This document shows, one piece after another, positions 37,231 to 51,889 of a DNA stretch of 64,000 bases (within the stretch, counting starts at the first letter, position 1; every line of letters starts with the position of its first letter). Under the pieces are notes generated by a model. The model did no database searches. It had not been told where the DNA came from and was given only the letters and a program-made list of their open reading frames with translations. Where the stretch lies: the NCBI GenBank assembly GCA_964016885.1, contig CAXHJY010000096.1, positions 930,001 to 994,000 of the forward strand, in the 5' to 3' direction. The DNA is from Eledone cirrhosa (Eukaryota). The position numbers and the translations under genes are program-made.

Positions 37231-39549
37231 AGCCGTCCAAGGGGAGATAATTTTCAGTCGTCCAAGGAGAGGTAATTTCTAGCCGTCCAAGGGGAGATAA
37301 TTTCCAGCCGTCCAAGGGGAGATAATTTCCAGCCGTCCAAGGGGAGATAATTTTTTTTAAAAAATCAGGCGGAGATAATTTGTAAAAAAAATCAGGGGGA
37401 GATAATTTGTAAACAAAATCAGGGGGAGATAATTTGTAAAAAAAAATCAGGGGGAGATAATTTGTAAAAAAAATTAGGCGTAGATAATTTTTAAAAAAAA
37501 ATCAGGGGGAGATAATTTGTAAAAAAAAATCAGGGGGAGATAATTTGTTTAAAAAATCAAGGGGAGATAATTTGCAGCCGTCCAAGGGGAGATAATTTTC
37601 AGCCGTCCAAGGAGAGGTAATTTCTAGCCGTTCAAGGGGAGATAATTTCCAGCCGTCCAAGGGGAGATAATTTCCAGCCGTCCAAGGGGAGATAATTTTT
37701 TTTAAAAAATCAGGCGGAGATAATTTGTAAAAAAAAATCAGGGGGAGATAATTCGTAAAAAAAAATCAGGGGGAGATAATTTGTAAAAAAAAATCAGGGG
37801 GAGATAATTTGTAAAAAAAATCAAGGGGAGATAATTTCCAGCCGTCCAAGGGGAGGTAATATCTAGCCGTCCAAGGGGAGATAATTTCCAGCCGTCCAAG
37901 GGGAGATAATTTCCAGCCGTCCAAGGGGAGATAATTTCCAGCCGTCCAAGGAGACATATTTTCCAGCCGTCCAAGGCGAGGTAATTTCTAGCCGTCCAAG
38001 GGGAGATTAATTCCAGCCTCCAAGGGGAGATAATTTCCAGCCAGCCAAGGGGAGATAATTTGTAAAAAAATCAGGGGGAGATAATTTGTAAAAAATATCA
38101 GGGAGATAATTTGTAAAAAAAAATCAGGGGGAGATAATTTGTAAAAAAAATCAGGGGGAGATAATTTGTAAAAAAAAATCAGGGGGAGATAATTTGTAAA
38201 AAAAATCAAGGGGAGATAATTTCCAGCCGTCCAAGGGGAGATAATTTTCAGCCGTCCAAGGAGAGGTAATTTCTAACCGTCCGAGGAGAGATAATTTCCA
38301 GCCGTCCAAGGGGAGATAATTTCCAGCCGTCCAAGGGGAGATAATTTCCAGCCGTCCAAGGAGACATATTTTCCAGCCGTCCAAGGAGAGGTAAATTCTA
38401 GCCGTCCAAGGGGAGATAAATTCCAGCCTCCAAGGGGAGATAATTTCCAGCCAGCCAAGGGGAGATAATTTGTAAAAAAATCAGGGGGAGATAATTTGCA
38501 AAAAAAATCAGGGGGAGATAATTTGTAAAAAAAATCAGGGGGAGATAATTTGTAAAAAATAATCAGGGGGAGATAATTTCCAGCCCTCCAAGGGGCTATA
38601 ATTTCCAGTGTCCAAGGGGAGATAATTTCCAGCCAGCGAAGGGGAGATAATTTTTTTTTAAAAATCATTGGGAGATTTGTAAAAAAAATCAGGGGGAGAT
38701 AATTTGTAAAAAAAATCAAGGGGAGATAATTTCCAGCCGTCCAAGAGGAGGTAATATCTAGCCGTCCAAGGGTAGATAATTTCCAGCCGTCCAACGGGAG
38801 ATAATTTCCAGCCGTCCAAGGGTAGATAATATCCAGCCGCCCAAGGACATATTTTCCAGCCGTCCAAGGAGAGGTAATTTCTAGCCGTCCAAGGGGAGAT
38901 AATTTCCAGCCGTCCAAGGGTAGATAATATCCATCCGTCCAAGGACATATTTTCCAGCCGTCCAAGGAGAGGTAATTTCTAGCCGTCCAAGGGGAGATAA
39001 ATTCCAGCCTCCAAGGGGAGATAATTTCCAGCCAGCCAAGGGGAGATAATTTGTAAAAAAATCAGGGGGAGATAATTTGTAAAAAAAATCAGGGGGAGAT
39101 AATTTGTAAAAAAAAATCAGGGGGAGATAATTTGTAAAAAAAAATCAGGGTGAGATAATTTGCAAAAAAAATCAGGGGGAGATAATTTGTAAAAAAAAAT
39201 CAGGGGGAGATAATTTGTAAAAAAAATCAAGGGGAGATAATTTCCAGCCGTCCAAGGAGAGATAATTTAAAAAAAAATCAGGCGGAGATAATTTGTAAAA
39301 AAAAATCAGGGGGAGATAATTTGTAAAAAAAATCAGGGGGAGATAATTTGTAAAAAAAAATCAGGGGTAGATAATTTGTAAAAAAAAATCAGGGGGAGAT
39401 AATTTGTAAAAAAAAATCAGGAGGAGATAATTTGTAAAAAAAATCAAGGGGAGATAATTTCCAGCCGTCCAAGGAGAGATAATTTAAAAAAAAATCAGGC
39501 GGAGATAATTTGTAAAAAAAAATCAGGGGGAGATAATTTGTAAAAAAAA

Positions 39550-42500
39550 ATCAGGGGGAGATAATTTGTAAAAAAAATCAAGGGGAGATAATTTCCAGCC
39601 GTCCAAGGGGAGATAATTTTCAGCCGTCCAAGGGGAGATAATTTCCCGCCAGCCAAGGGAAGATAATATTCAAAAAAATCAGGCGGAGATAATTTGTAAA
39701 AAAAATCAGGGGGAGATAATTTGTAAAAAAATCAGGGGGAGATAATTTGTAAAAAAAAAAATCAGGGGGAGATAATTTGTAAAAAAAAATCAGGGGGAGA
39801 TAATTTGTAAAAAAAATCAGGGGTAGATAATTTGTAAAAAAAAATCAGGGGGAGATAATTTGTAAAAAAAAATCAGGGGGAGATAATTTGTAAAAAAAAT
39901 GAAAGGGGAGATAATATCCAGCCGTCCAAGGGGAGATAATTTCCAGCCGTCCAAGGGGAGATAATTTCCAGCCGTCCAAGGGGAGATAATTTCCATCCTT
40001 CCAAGGGGATATAATTTCCAGCCGTCCAAGGGGAGATAATTTCCATCCTTCCAAGGGGATATAATTTCCAGCCGTCCAAGGGGAGATAATTTTCAGCCGT
40101 CCAAGGAGAGGTAATTTCTAGCCGTCCAAGGAGAGATAATTTCCAGCCGTCCAAGGGGAGATAATTTCCAGCCGTCCAAGGGGAGATAATTTCCAGCCGT
40201 CCAAGGAGACATATTTTCCAGCCGTCCAAGGAGAGGTAATTCCTAGCCGTCCAAGGGGAGATAAATTCCAGCCTCCAAGGGGAGATAATTTCCAGCCAGC
40301 CAAGGGGAGATAATTTGTAAAAAAAATCAGGGGGAGATAATTTGTAAAAAAAATCAGGGGGAGATAATTTGTAAAAAAAAATCAGGGGTAGATAATTTGT
40401 AAAAAATAATCAGGGGGAGATAATTTGTAAAAAAAATCAAGGGGAGATAATTTCCAGCCGTCCAAGGGGAGATAATTTTCAGCCGTCCAAGGGGAGATAA
40501 TTTCCCGCCAGCCAAGGGAAGATAATATTTAAAAAAATTAGGCGGAGATAATTTGTAAAAAAAATCAGGGGGAGATAATTTGTAAAAAAATCAGGGGGAG
40601 ATAATTTGTAAAAAAAATCAGGGGGAGATAATTTGTAAAAAAAATCAGGGGGAGATAATTTGTAAAAAAAAATCAGGGGGAGATAATTTGTAAAAAAAAT
40701 CAAGGGGAGATAATTTCCAGCCGTCCAAGGGAAGATAATTTCCAGCCCTCCAAGGGGCTATAATTTCCAGCGTCCAAGGGGAGATAATTTCCAGCCAGCG
40801 AAGGGGAGATAATTTTTTTTAAAAAATCATTGGGAGATTTGTAAAAAAAATCAGGGGGAGATAATTTGTAAAAAAAATCAAGGGGAGATAATTTCCAGCC
40901 GTCCAAGGGGAGGTAATATCTAGCCGTCCAAGGGGAGATAATTTCCAGCCGTCCAAGGGGAGATAATTTCCAGCCGTCCAAGGGTAGATAATATCCAGCC
41001 GTCCAAGGACATATTTTCCAGCCGTCCAAGGAGAGGTAATTTCTAGCCGTCCAAGGGGAGATAAATTCCAGCCTCCAAGGTGAGATAATTTCCAGCCAGC
41101 CAAGGGGAGATAATTTGTAAAAAAATCAGGGGGAGATAATTTGTAAAAAAAATCAGGGGGAGATAATTTGTAAAAAAAAATCAGGGGGAGATAATTTGTA
41201 AAAAAAAATCAGGGGGAGATAATTTGTAAAAAAAAATCAGGGGGAGATAATTTGTAAAAAAATCAAGGGGAGATAATTTCCAGCCGTCCAAGGGGAGATA
41301 ATTTTCAGCCGTCCAAGGGGAGATAATTTCCCGCCAGCCAAGGGAAGATAATATTTGAAAAAATCAGGCGGAGATAATTTGTAAAAAAAATCAGGGGGAG
41401 ATAATTTGTAAAAAAATCAGGGGGAGATAATTTGTAAAAAAAAAATCAGGGGGAGATAATTTGTAAAAAGAATCAGGGGGAGATAATTTGTAAAAAAAAA
41501 TCAGGGGTAGATAAATTGTAAAAAAAAATCAGGGGGAGATAATTTGTAAAAAAAATCAGGGGGAGATAATTTGTAAAAAAAATGAAAGGGGAGATAATAT
41601 CCAGCCGTCCAAGGGGAGATAATTTCCAGCCGTCCAAGGGGAGATAATTTCCAGCCGTCCAAGGGGAGATAATTTCCATCCTTCCAAGGGGATATAATTT
41701 CCAGCCGTCCAAGGGGAGATAATTTCCCGCCAGCCAAGGGAAGATAATTTTTAAAAAAATCAGGCGGAGATTGTAAAAAAAATCAGGGGGGAGATAATTT
41801 GTAAAAAAATCAGGGGGAGATAATTTGTAAAAAAAAATCAGGGGGAGATAATTTGTAAAAAATAATCAGGGGGAGATAATTTGTAAAAAAAAATCAAGGG
41901 GAGATAATTTCCAGCCGTCCAAGGGGAGATAATTTTCCGCCAGCCAAGGGAAGATAATATTTAAAAAAATTAGGCGGAGATAATTTGTAAAAAAAATCAG
42001 GGGGAGATAATTTGTAAAAAAATCAGGGGGAGATAATTTGTAAAAAAAATCAGGGGGAGATAATTTGTAAAAAAATTCATGGGGAGATAATTTGTAAAAA
42101 AAAATCAGGGGTAGATAATTTGTAAAAAAAATCAGGGGGAGATAATTTGTAAAAAAAAATCAGGGGGAGATAATTTGTAAAAAAAATCAAGGGGAGATAA
42201 TTTCCAGCCGTCCAAGGGGAGATAATTTTCAGCCGTCCAAGGAGAGGTAATTTCTAGCCGTCCAAGGGGAGATAATTTCCAGCCGTCCAAGGGGAGGTAA
42301 TTTCCAGCCGTCCAAGGGGAGATAATTTAAAAAAAAAAATCAGGCGGAGATAATTTGTAAAAAAAATCAAGGGGAGATAATTTGCAGCCGTCCAAGGGGA
42401 GATAATTTTCAGTCGTCCAAGGAGAGGTAATTTCTAGCCGTCCAAGGGGAGATAATTGCCAGCCGTCCAAGGGGAGATAATTTCCAGCCGTCCAAGGGGA

Positions 42501-45500
42501 GATAATTTTTTTTAAAAAATCAGGCGGAGATAATTTGTAAAAAAAATCAGGGGGAGATAATTTGTAAACAAAATCAGGGGGAGATAATTTGTAAAAAAAA
42601 ATCAGGGGGAGATAATTTGTAAAAAAAATCATGGAGAGATAATTTCCAGCCGTCCAAGGTGAGATAATTTCCAGCCGTCCAAGGAGACATATTTTCCAGC
42701 CGTCCAAGGCGAGGTAATTTCTAGCCGTCCAAGGGTAGATAAATTCCAGCCTCCAAGGGGAGATAATTTCCAGCCAGCCAAGTGGAGATAATTTGTAAAA
42801 AAATCAGGGGGAGATAATTTGTAAAAAATATCAGGGAGATAATTTGTAAAAAAAAATCAGGGGGAGATAATTTGTAAAAAAAATCAGGGGGAGATAATTT
42901 GTAAAAAAAAATCAGGGGGAGATAATTTGTAAAAAAAATCAAGGGGAGATAATTTCCAGCCGTCCAAGGGGAGATAATTTTCAGCCGTCCAAGGGGAGAT
43001 AATTTCCCGCCAGCCAAGGGAAGATAATATTTAAAAAAATCAGGCGGAGATAATTTGTAAAAAAAATCAGGGGGAGATAATTTGTAAAAAAATCAGGGGG
43101 AGATAATTTGTAAAAAAAAAATCAGGGGGAGATAATTTGTAAAAAAAATCAGGGGGAGATAATTTGTAAAAAAAAATCAGGGGTAGATAATTTGTAAACA
43201 AAAATCAGGGGGAGATAATTTGTAAAAAAAAATCAGGGGGAGATAATTTGTAAAAAAAATGAAAGGGGAGATAATATCCAGCCGTCCAAGGGGAGATAAT
43301 TTCCAGCCGTCCAAGGGGATATAATTTCCAGCCGTCCAAGGTGAGATAATTTCCATCCTTCCAAGGGGATATAATTTCCAGCCGTCCAAGGGGAGATAAT
43401 TTCCCGCCAGCCAAGGGAAGATAATTTTTAAAAAAATCAGGCGGAGATTGTAAAAAAAATCAGGGGGGAGATAATTTGTAAAAAAATCAGGGGGAGATAA
43501 TTTGTAAAAAATAATCAGGGGGAGATAATTTGTAAAAAAATTCAAGGGGAGATAATTTCCAGCCGTCCAAGGGGAGATAATTTCCCGCCAGCCAAGGGAA
43601 GATAATATTTAAAAAAATTAGGCGGAGATAATTTGTAAAAAAAATCAGGGGGAGATAATTTGTAAAAAAATCAGGGGGAGATAATTTGTAAAAAAAATCA
43701 GGGGGAGATAATTTGTAAAAAAAATCATGGGGAGATAATTTGTAAAAAAAAATCAGGGGTAGATAATTTGTAAAAAAAAATCAGGGGGAGATAATTTGTA
43801 AAAAAAAATCAGGGGGAGATAATTTGTAAAAAAAATCAAGGGGAGATAATATCCAGCCGTCCAAGGAGAGATAATTTAAAAAAAAAATGAGGCGGAGATA
43901 ATTTGTAAAAAAAAAATCAGGGGGAGTTAATTTGTAAAAAAAAATGAGGGGGAGATAATTTGTAAAAAAAATCAAGGGGAGATAATTTCCAGCCGTCCAA
44001 GGGGAGATAATTTTCAGCCGTCCAAGGAGAGGTAATTTCTAGCCGTCCAAGGGGAGATAATTTCCAGCCGTCCAAGGGGAGGTAATTTCCAGCCGTCCAA
44101 GGGGAGATAATTTTTAAAAAAAAATCAGGCGGAGATAATTTGTAAAAAAAATCAAGGGGAGATAATTTGCAGCCGTCCAAGGGGAGATAATTTTCAGTCG
44201 TCCAAGGAGAGGTAATTTCTAGCCGTCCAAGGGGAGATAATTTCCAGCCGTCCAAGGGGAGATAATTTCCAGCCGTCCAAGGGGAGATAATTTTTTTTAA
44301 AAAATCAGGCGGAGATAATTTGTAAAAAAAATCAGGGGGAGATAATTTGTAAACAAAATCAGGGGGAGATAATTTGTAAAAAAAAATCAGGGGGAGATAA
44401 TTTGTAAAAAAAATTAGGCGTAGATAATTTGTAAAAAAAAATCAGGGGGAGATAATTTGTAAAAAAAAATCAGGGGGAGATAATTTGTTTAAAAAATCAA
44501 GGGGAGATAATTTGCAGCCGTCCAAGGGGAGATAATTTTCAGCCGTCCAAGGAGAGGTAATTTCTAGCCGTTCAAGGGGAGATAATTTCCAGCCGTCCAA
44601 GGGGAGATAATTTCCAGCCGTCCAAGGGGAGATAATTTTTTTTAAAAAATCAGGCGGAGATAATTTGTAAAAAAAAATCAGGGGGAGATAATTCGTAAAA
44701 AAAAATCAGGGGGAGTTAATTTGTAAAAAAAAATCAGGGGGAGATAATTTGTAAAAAAAATCAAGGGGAGATAATTTCCAGCCGTCCAAGGGGAGGTAAT
44801 ATCTAGCCGTCCAAGGGGAGATAATTTCCAGCCGTCCAAGGGGAGATAATTTCCAGCCGTCCAAGGGGAGATAATTTCCAGCCGTCCAAGGAGACATATT
44901 TTCCAGCCGTCCAAGGCGAGGTAATTTCTAGCCGTCCAAGGGGAGATTAATTCCAGCCTCCAAGGGGAGATAATTTCCAGCCAGCCAAGGGGAGATAATT
45001 TGTAAAAAAATCAGGGGGAGATAATTTGTAAAAAATATCAGGGAGATAATTTGTAAAAAAAAATCAGGGGGAGATAATTTGTAAAAAAAATCAGGGGGAG
45101 ATAATTTGTAAAAAAAAATCAGGGGGAGATAATTTGTAAAAAAAATCAAGGGGAGATAATTTCCAGCCGTCCAAGGGGAGATAATTTTCAGCCGTCCAAG
45201 GAGAGGTAATTTCTAACCGTCCGAGGAGAGATAATTTCCAGCCGTCCAAGGGGAGATAATTTCCAGCCGTCCAAGGAGACATATTTTCCAGCCGTCCAAG
45301 GAGAGGTAATTTCTAGCCGTCCAAGGGGAGATAAATTCCAGCCTCCAAGGGGAGATAATTTCCAGCCAGCCAAGGGGAGATAATTTGTAAAAAAATCAGG
45401 GGGAGATAATTTGCAAAAAAAATCAGGGGGAGATAATTTGTAAAAAAAATCAGGGGGAGATAATTTGTAAAAAATAATCAGGGGGAGATAATTTCCAGCC

Positions 45501-45620
45501 GTCCAAGGGAAGATAATTTCCAGCCCTCCAAGGGGCTATAATTTCCAGTGTCCAAGGGGAGATAATTTCCAGCCAGAGAAGGGGAGATAATTTTTTTTAA
45601 AAAATCATTGGGAGATTTGT
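39550..45620 (+). repeat. ~6-kb duplication, copy 1 (partner ~51890-57990, offset 12339/12338)
   Basis: ORF pairs at 39817/52156, 40479/52818, 41473/53812, 42721/55060, 43781/56119 and 44928/57266. Confidence 0.87.
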
Positions 45621-48600
45621 AAAAAAAATCAGGGGGAGATAATTTGCAAAAAAAATCAGGGGGAGATAATTTGTAAAAAAAAATCAGGGGTAGATAATTT
45701 GTAAAAAAAAATCAGGGGGAGATAATTTGTAAAAAAAAATCAGGGGGAGATAATTTGTAAAAAAAATCAAGGGGAGATAATTTCCAGCCGTCCAAGGAGA
45801 GATAATTTTAAAAAAAATCAGGCGGAGATAATTTGTAAAAAAAAATCAGGGGGAGATAATTTGTAAAAAAAATCAGGGGGAGATAATTTGTAAAAAAAAA
45901 TCAGGGGTAGATAATTTGTAAAAAAAAATCAGGGGGAGATAATTTGTAAAAAAAAATCAGGGGGAGATAATTTGTAAAAAAAATCAAGGGGAGATAATTT
46001 CCAGCCGTCCAAGGAGAGATAATTTTAAAAAAAATCAGGCGGAGATAATTTGTAAAAAAAAATTAGGGGGAGATAATTTGTAAAAAAAAATCAGGGGGAG
46101 ATAATTTGTAAAAAAAATCAAGGGGAGATAATTTCCAGCCGTCCAAGGGGAGATAATTTTCAGCCGTCCAAGGGGAGATAATTTCCCGCCAGCCAAGGGA
46201 AGATAATATTCAAAAAAATCAGGCGGAGATAATTTGTAAAAAAAATCAGGGGGAGATAATTTGTAAAAAAATCAGGGGGAGATAATTTGTAAAAAAAAAA
46301 ATCAGGGGGAGATAATTTGTAAAAAAAATCAGGGGGAGATAATTTGTAAAAAAAAATCAGGGGTAGATAATTTGTAAAAAAAAATCAGGGGGAGATAATT
46401 TGTAAAAAAAAATCAGGGGCAGATAATTTGTAAAAAAAATGAAAGGGGAGATAATATCCAGCCGTCCAAGGGGAGATAATTTCCAGCCGTCCAAGGGGAG
46501 ATAATTTCCAGCCGTCCAAGGGGAGAAAATTTCCATCCTTCCAAGGGGATATAATTTCCAGCCGGCCAAGGGGAGATAATTTCCATCCTTCCAAGGGGAT
46601 ATAATTTCCAGCCGTCCAAGGGGAGATAATTTTCAGCCGTCCAAGGAGAGGTAATTTCTAGCCGTCCAAGGAGAGATAATTTCCAGCCGTCCAAGGGGAG
46701 ATAATTTCCAGCCGTCCAAGGGGAGATAATTTCCAGCCGTCCAAGGAGACATATTTTCCAGCCGTCCAAGGAGAGGTAATTCCTAGCCGTCCAAGGGGAG
46801 ATAAATTCCAGCCTCCAAGGGGAGATAATTTCCAGCCAGCCAAGGGGAGATAATTTGTAAAAAAAATCAGGGGGAGATAATTTCTAAAAAAAATCAGGGG
46901 GAGATAATTTGTAAAAAAAAATCAGGGGGAGATAATTTGTAAAAAATAATCAGGGGGAGATAATTTGTAAAAAAAATCAAGGGGAGATAATTTCCAGCCG
47001 TCCAAGGGGAGATAATTTTCAGCCGTCCAAGGGGAGATAATTTCCCACCAGCCAAGGGAAGATAATATTTAAAAAAATTATGCGGAGATAATTTGTAAAA
47101 AAAATCAGGGGGAGATAATTTGTAAAAAAATCAGGGGGAGATAATTTGTAAAAAAAATCAGGGGGAGATAATTTGTAAAAAAAATCAGGGGGAGATAATT
47201 TGTAAAAAAAAATCAGGGGTAGATAATTTGTAAAAAAAATCAGGGGGAGATAATTTGTAAAAAAAAATCAGGGGGAGATAATTTGTAAAAAAAATCAAGG
47301 GGAGATAATTTCCAGCCGTCCAAGGAGAGATAATTTTAAAAAAAATCAGGCGGAGATAATTTGTAAAAAAAAATCAGGGGGAGATAATTTGTAAAAAAAA
47401 ATCAGGGGGAGATAATTTGTAAAAAAAATCAAGGGGAGATAATTTCCAGCCGTCCAAGGGGAGATAATTTTCAGCCGTCCAAGGGGAGATAATTTCCCGC
47501 CAGCCAAGGGAAGATAATATTCAAAAAAATCAGGCGGAGATAATTTGTAAAAAAAATCAGGGGGAGATAATTTGTAAAAAAATCAGGGGGAGATAATTTG
47601 TAAAAAAAAAAATCAGGGGGAGATAATTTGTAAAAAAAATCAGGGGGAGATAATTTGTAAAAAAAAATCAGGGGTAGATAATTTGTAAAAAAAAATCAGG
47701 GGGAGATAATTTGTAAAAAAAAATCAGGGGGAGATAATTTGTAAAAAAAATGAAAGGGGAGATAATATCCAGCCGTCCAAGGGGAGATAATTTCCAGCCG
47801 TCCAAGGAGAGATAATTTCCAGCCGTCCAAGGGGAGATAATTTCCATCCTTCCAAGGGGATATAATTTCCAGCCGTCCAAGGGGAGATAATTTCCATCCT
47901 TCCAAGGGGATATAATTTCCAGCCGTCCAAGGGGAGATAATTTTCAGCCGTCCAAGGAGAGGTAATTTCTAGCCGTCCAAGGAGAGATAATTTCCAGCCG
48001 TCCAAGGGGAGATAATTTCCAGCCGTCCAAGGGGAGATAATTTCCAGCCGTCCAAGGAGACATATTTTCCAGCCGTCCAAGGAGAGGTAATTCCTAGCCG
48101 TCCAAGGGGAGATAAATTCCAGCCTCCAAGGGGAGATAATTTCCAGCCAGCCAAGGGGAGATAATTTGTAAAAAAAATCAGGGGGAGATAATTTGTAAAA
48201 AAAATCAGGGGGAGATAATTTGTAAAAAAAAATCAGGGGGAGATAATTTGTAAAAAAAATCAAGGGGAGATAATTTCCAGCCGTCCAAGGGGAGATAATT
48301 TTCAGCCGTCCAAGGGGAGATAATTTCCCGCCAGCCAAGGGAAGATAATATTCAAAAAAATCAGGCGGAGATAATTTGTAAAAAAAATCAGGGGGAGATA
48401 ATTTGTAAAAAAATCAGGGGGAGATAATTTGTAAAAAAAAAAATCAGGGGGAGATAATTTGTAAAAAAAATCAGGGGGAGATAATTTGTAAAAAAAAATC
48501 AGGGGTAGATAATTTGTAAAAAAAAATCAGGGGGAGATAATTTGTAAAAAAAAATCAGGGGGAGATAATTTGTAAAAAAAATGAAAGGGGAGATAATATC

Positions 48601-49793
48601 CAGCCGTCCAAGGGGAGATAATTTCCAGCCGTCCAAGGGGAGATAATTTCCAGCCGTCCAAGGGGAGATAATTTCCATCCTTCCAAGGGGATATAATTTC
48701 CAGCCGTCCAAGGGGAGATAATTTCCATCCTTCCAAGGGGATATAATTTCCAGCCGTCCAAGGGGAGATAATTTTCAGCCGTCCAAGGAGAGGTAATTTC
48801 TAGCCGTCCAAGGAGAGATAATTTCCAGCCGTCCAAGGGGAGATAATTTCCAGCCGTCCAAGGGGAGATAATTTCCAGCCGTCCAAGGAGACATATTTTC
48901 CAGCCGTCCAAGGAGAGGTAATTCCTAGCCGTCCAAGGGGAGATAAATTCCAGCCTCCAAGGGGAGATAATTTCCAGCCAGCCAAGGGGAGATAATTTGT
49001 AAAAAAAATCAGGGGGAGATAATTTGTAAAAAAATCAGGGGGAGATAATTTGTAAAAAAAATCAGGGGGAGATAATTTGTAAAAAAAATCAGGGGGAGAT
49101 AATTTGTAAAAAAAAATCAGGGGTAGATAATTTGTAAAAAAAAATCAGGGGGAGATAATTTGTAAAAAAATCAAGGGGAGATAATTTCCAGCCGTCCAAG
49201 GGAAGATAATTTCCAGCCCTCCAAGGGGCTATAATTTCCAGCGTCCAAGGGGAGATAATTTCCAGCCAGCGAAGGGGAGATAATTTTTTTAAAAAAATCA
49301 TTGGGAGATTTGTAAAAAAAATCAGGGGGAGATAATTTGTAAAAAAAATCAAGGGGAGATAATTTCCAGCCGTCCAAGGGGAGGTAATATCTAGCCGTCC
49401 AAGGGTAGATAATTTCCAGCCGTCCAACGGGAGATAATTTCCAGCCGTCCAAGGGTAGATAATATCCAGCCGCCCAAGGACATATTTTCCAGCCGTCCAA
49501 GGAGAGGTAATTTCTAGCCGTCCAAGGGGAGATAATTTCCAGCCGTCCAAGGGTAGATAATATCCAGCCGTCCAAGGACATATTTTCCAGCCGTCCAAGG
49601 AGAGGTAATTTCTAGCCGTCCAAGGGGAGATAAATTCCAGCCTCCAAGGGGAGATAATTTCCAGCCAGCCAAGGGGAGATAATTTGTAAAAAAATCAGGG
49701 GGAGATAATTTGTAAAAAAAATCAGGGGGAGATAATTTGTAAAAAAAAATCAGGGGGAGATAATTTGTAAAAAAAAATCAGGGGGAGATAATT
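41996..49793 (+). repeat. ~7.8-kb near-identical segmental duplication, copy 2 of ~1950-9720
   Basis: Same markers as copy 1. One extra 28-bp B monomer lies near 48470. Confidence 0.92.
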
Positions 49794-51889
49794 TGTTTAA
49801 AAAATCAAGGGGAGATAATTTGCAGCCGTCCAAGGGGAGATAATTTTCAGCCGTCCAAGGAGAGGTAATTTCTAGCCGTTCAAGGGGAGATAATTTCCAG
49901 CCGTCCAAGGGGAGATAATTTCCAGCCGTCCAAGGGGAGATAATTTTTTTTTAAAAATCAGGCGGAGATAATTTGTAAAAAAAAATCAGGGGGAGATAAT
50001 TCGTAAAAAAAAATCAGGGGGAGATAATTTGTAAAAAAAAATCAGGGGGAGATAATTTGTAAAAAAAATCAAGGGGAGATAATTTCCAGCCGTCCAAGGG
50101 GAGGTAATATCTAGCCGTCCAAGGGGAGATAATTTCCAGCCGTCCAAGGGGAGATAATTTCCAGCCGTCCAAGGGGAGATAATTTCCAGCCGTCCAAGGA
50201 GACATATTTTCCAGCCGTCCAAGGCGAGGTAATTTCTAGCCGTCCAAGGGCAGATAAATTCCAGCCTCCAAGGGGAGATAATTTCCAGCCAGCCAAGGGG
50301 AGATAATTTGTAAAAAAATCAGGGGGAGATAATTTGTAAAAAATATCAGGGAGATAATTTGTAAAAAAAAATCAGGGGGAGATAATTTGTAAAAAAAATC
50401 AGGGGGAGATAATTTGTAAAAAAAAATCAGGGGGAGATAATTTGTAAAAAAAATCAAGGGGAGATAATTTCCAGCCGTCCAAGGGGAGATAATTTTCAGC
50501 CGTCCAAAGAGAGGTAATTTCTAACCGTCCGAGGAGAGATAATTTCCAGCCGTCCAAGGGGAGATAATTTCCAGCCGTCCAAGGGGAGATAATTTCCAGC
50601 CGTCCAAGGAGACATATTTTCCAGCCGTCCAAGGAGAGGTAATTTCTAGCCGTCCAAGGGGAGATAAATTCCAGCCTCCAAGGGGAGATAATTTCCAGCC
50701 AGCCAAATGGAGATAATTTGTAAAAAAATCAGGGGGAGATAATTTGCAAAAAAAATCAGGGGGAGATAATTTGTAAAAAATAATCAGGGGGAGATAATTT
50801 CCAGCCGTCCAAGGGGAGATAATTTTAAAAAAAATCAGGCGGAGATAATTTGTAAAAAAAAATCAGGGGGAGATAATTTGTAAAAAAAAATCAGGGGGAG
50901 ATAATTTGTAAAAAAAATCAAGGGGAGATAATTTCCAGCCGTCCAAGGGAAGATAATTTCCAGCCCTCCAAGGGGCTATAATTTCCAGTGTCCAAGGGGA
51001 GATAATTTCCAGCCAGCGAAGGGGAGATAATTTTTTTTAAAAAATCATTGGGAGATTTGTAAAAAAAATCAGGGGGAGATAATTTGTAAAAAAAATCAAG
51101 GGGAGATAATTTCCAGCCGTCCAAGGGGAGGTAATATCTAGCCGTCCAAGGGGAGATAATTTCCAGCCGTCCAAGGGGAGATAATTTCCAGCCGTCCCAG
51201 GGTAGATAATATCCAGCCGCCCAAGGACATATTTTCCAGCCGTCCAAGGAGAGGTAATTTCTAGCCGTCCAAGGGGAGATAAATTCCAGCCTCCAAGGGG
51301 AGATAATTTCCAGCCAGCCAAGGGGAGATAATTTGTAAAAAAATCAGGGGGAGATAATTTGTAAAAAAAATCAGGGGAAGATAATTTGTAAAAAAAAATC
51401 AGGGGGAGATAATTTGTAAAAAAAAATCAGGGGGAGATAATTTGCAAAAAAAATCAGGGGGAGATAATTTGTAAAAAAAAATCAGGGGTAGATAATTTGT
51501 AAAAAAAAATCAGGGGGAGATAATTTGTAAAAAAAAAATCAGGGGGAGATAATTTGTAAAAAAAATCAAGGGGAGATAATTTCCAGCCGTCCAAGGAGAG
51601 ATAATTTTAAAAAAAATCAGGCGGAGATAATTTGTAAAAAAAAATCAGGGGGAGATAATTTGTAAAAAAAATCAGGGGGAGATAATTTGTAAAAAAAAAT
51701 CAGGGGTAGATAATTTGTAAAAAAAAATCAGGGGGAGATAATTTGTAAAAAAAAATCAGGGGGAGATAATTTGTAAAAAAAATCAAGGGGAGATAATTTC
51801 CAGCCGTCCAAGGAGAGATAATTTTAAAAAAAATCAGGCGGAGATAATTTGTAAAAAAAAATTAGGGGGAGATAATTTGTAAAAAAAAA

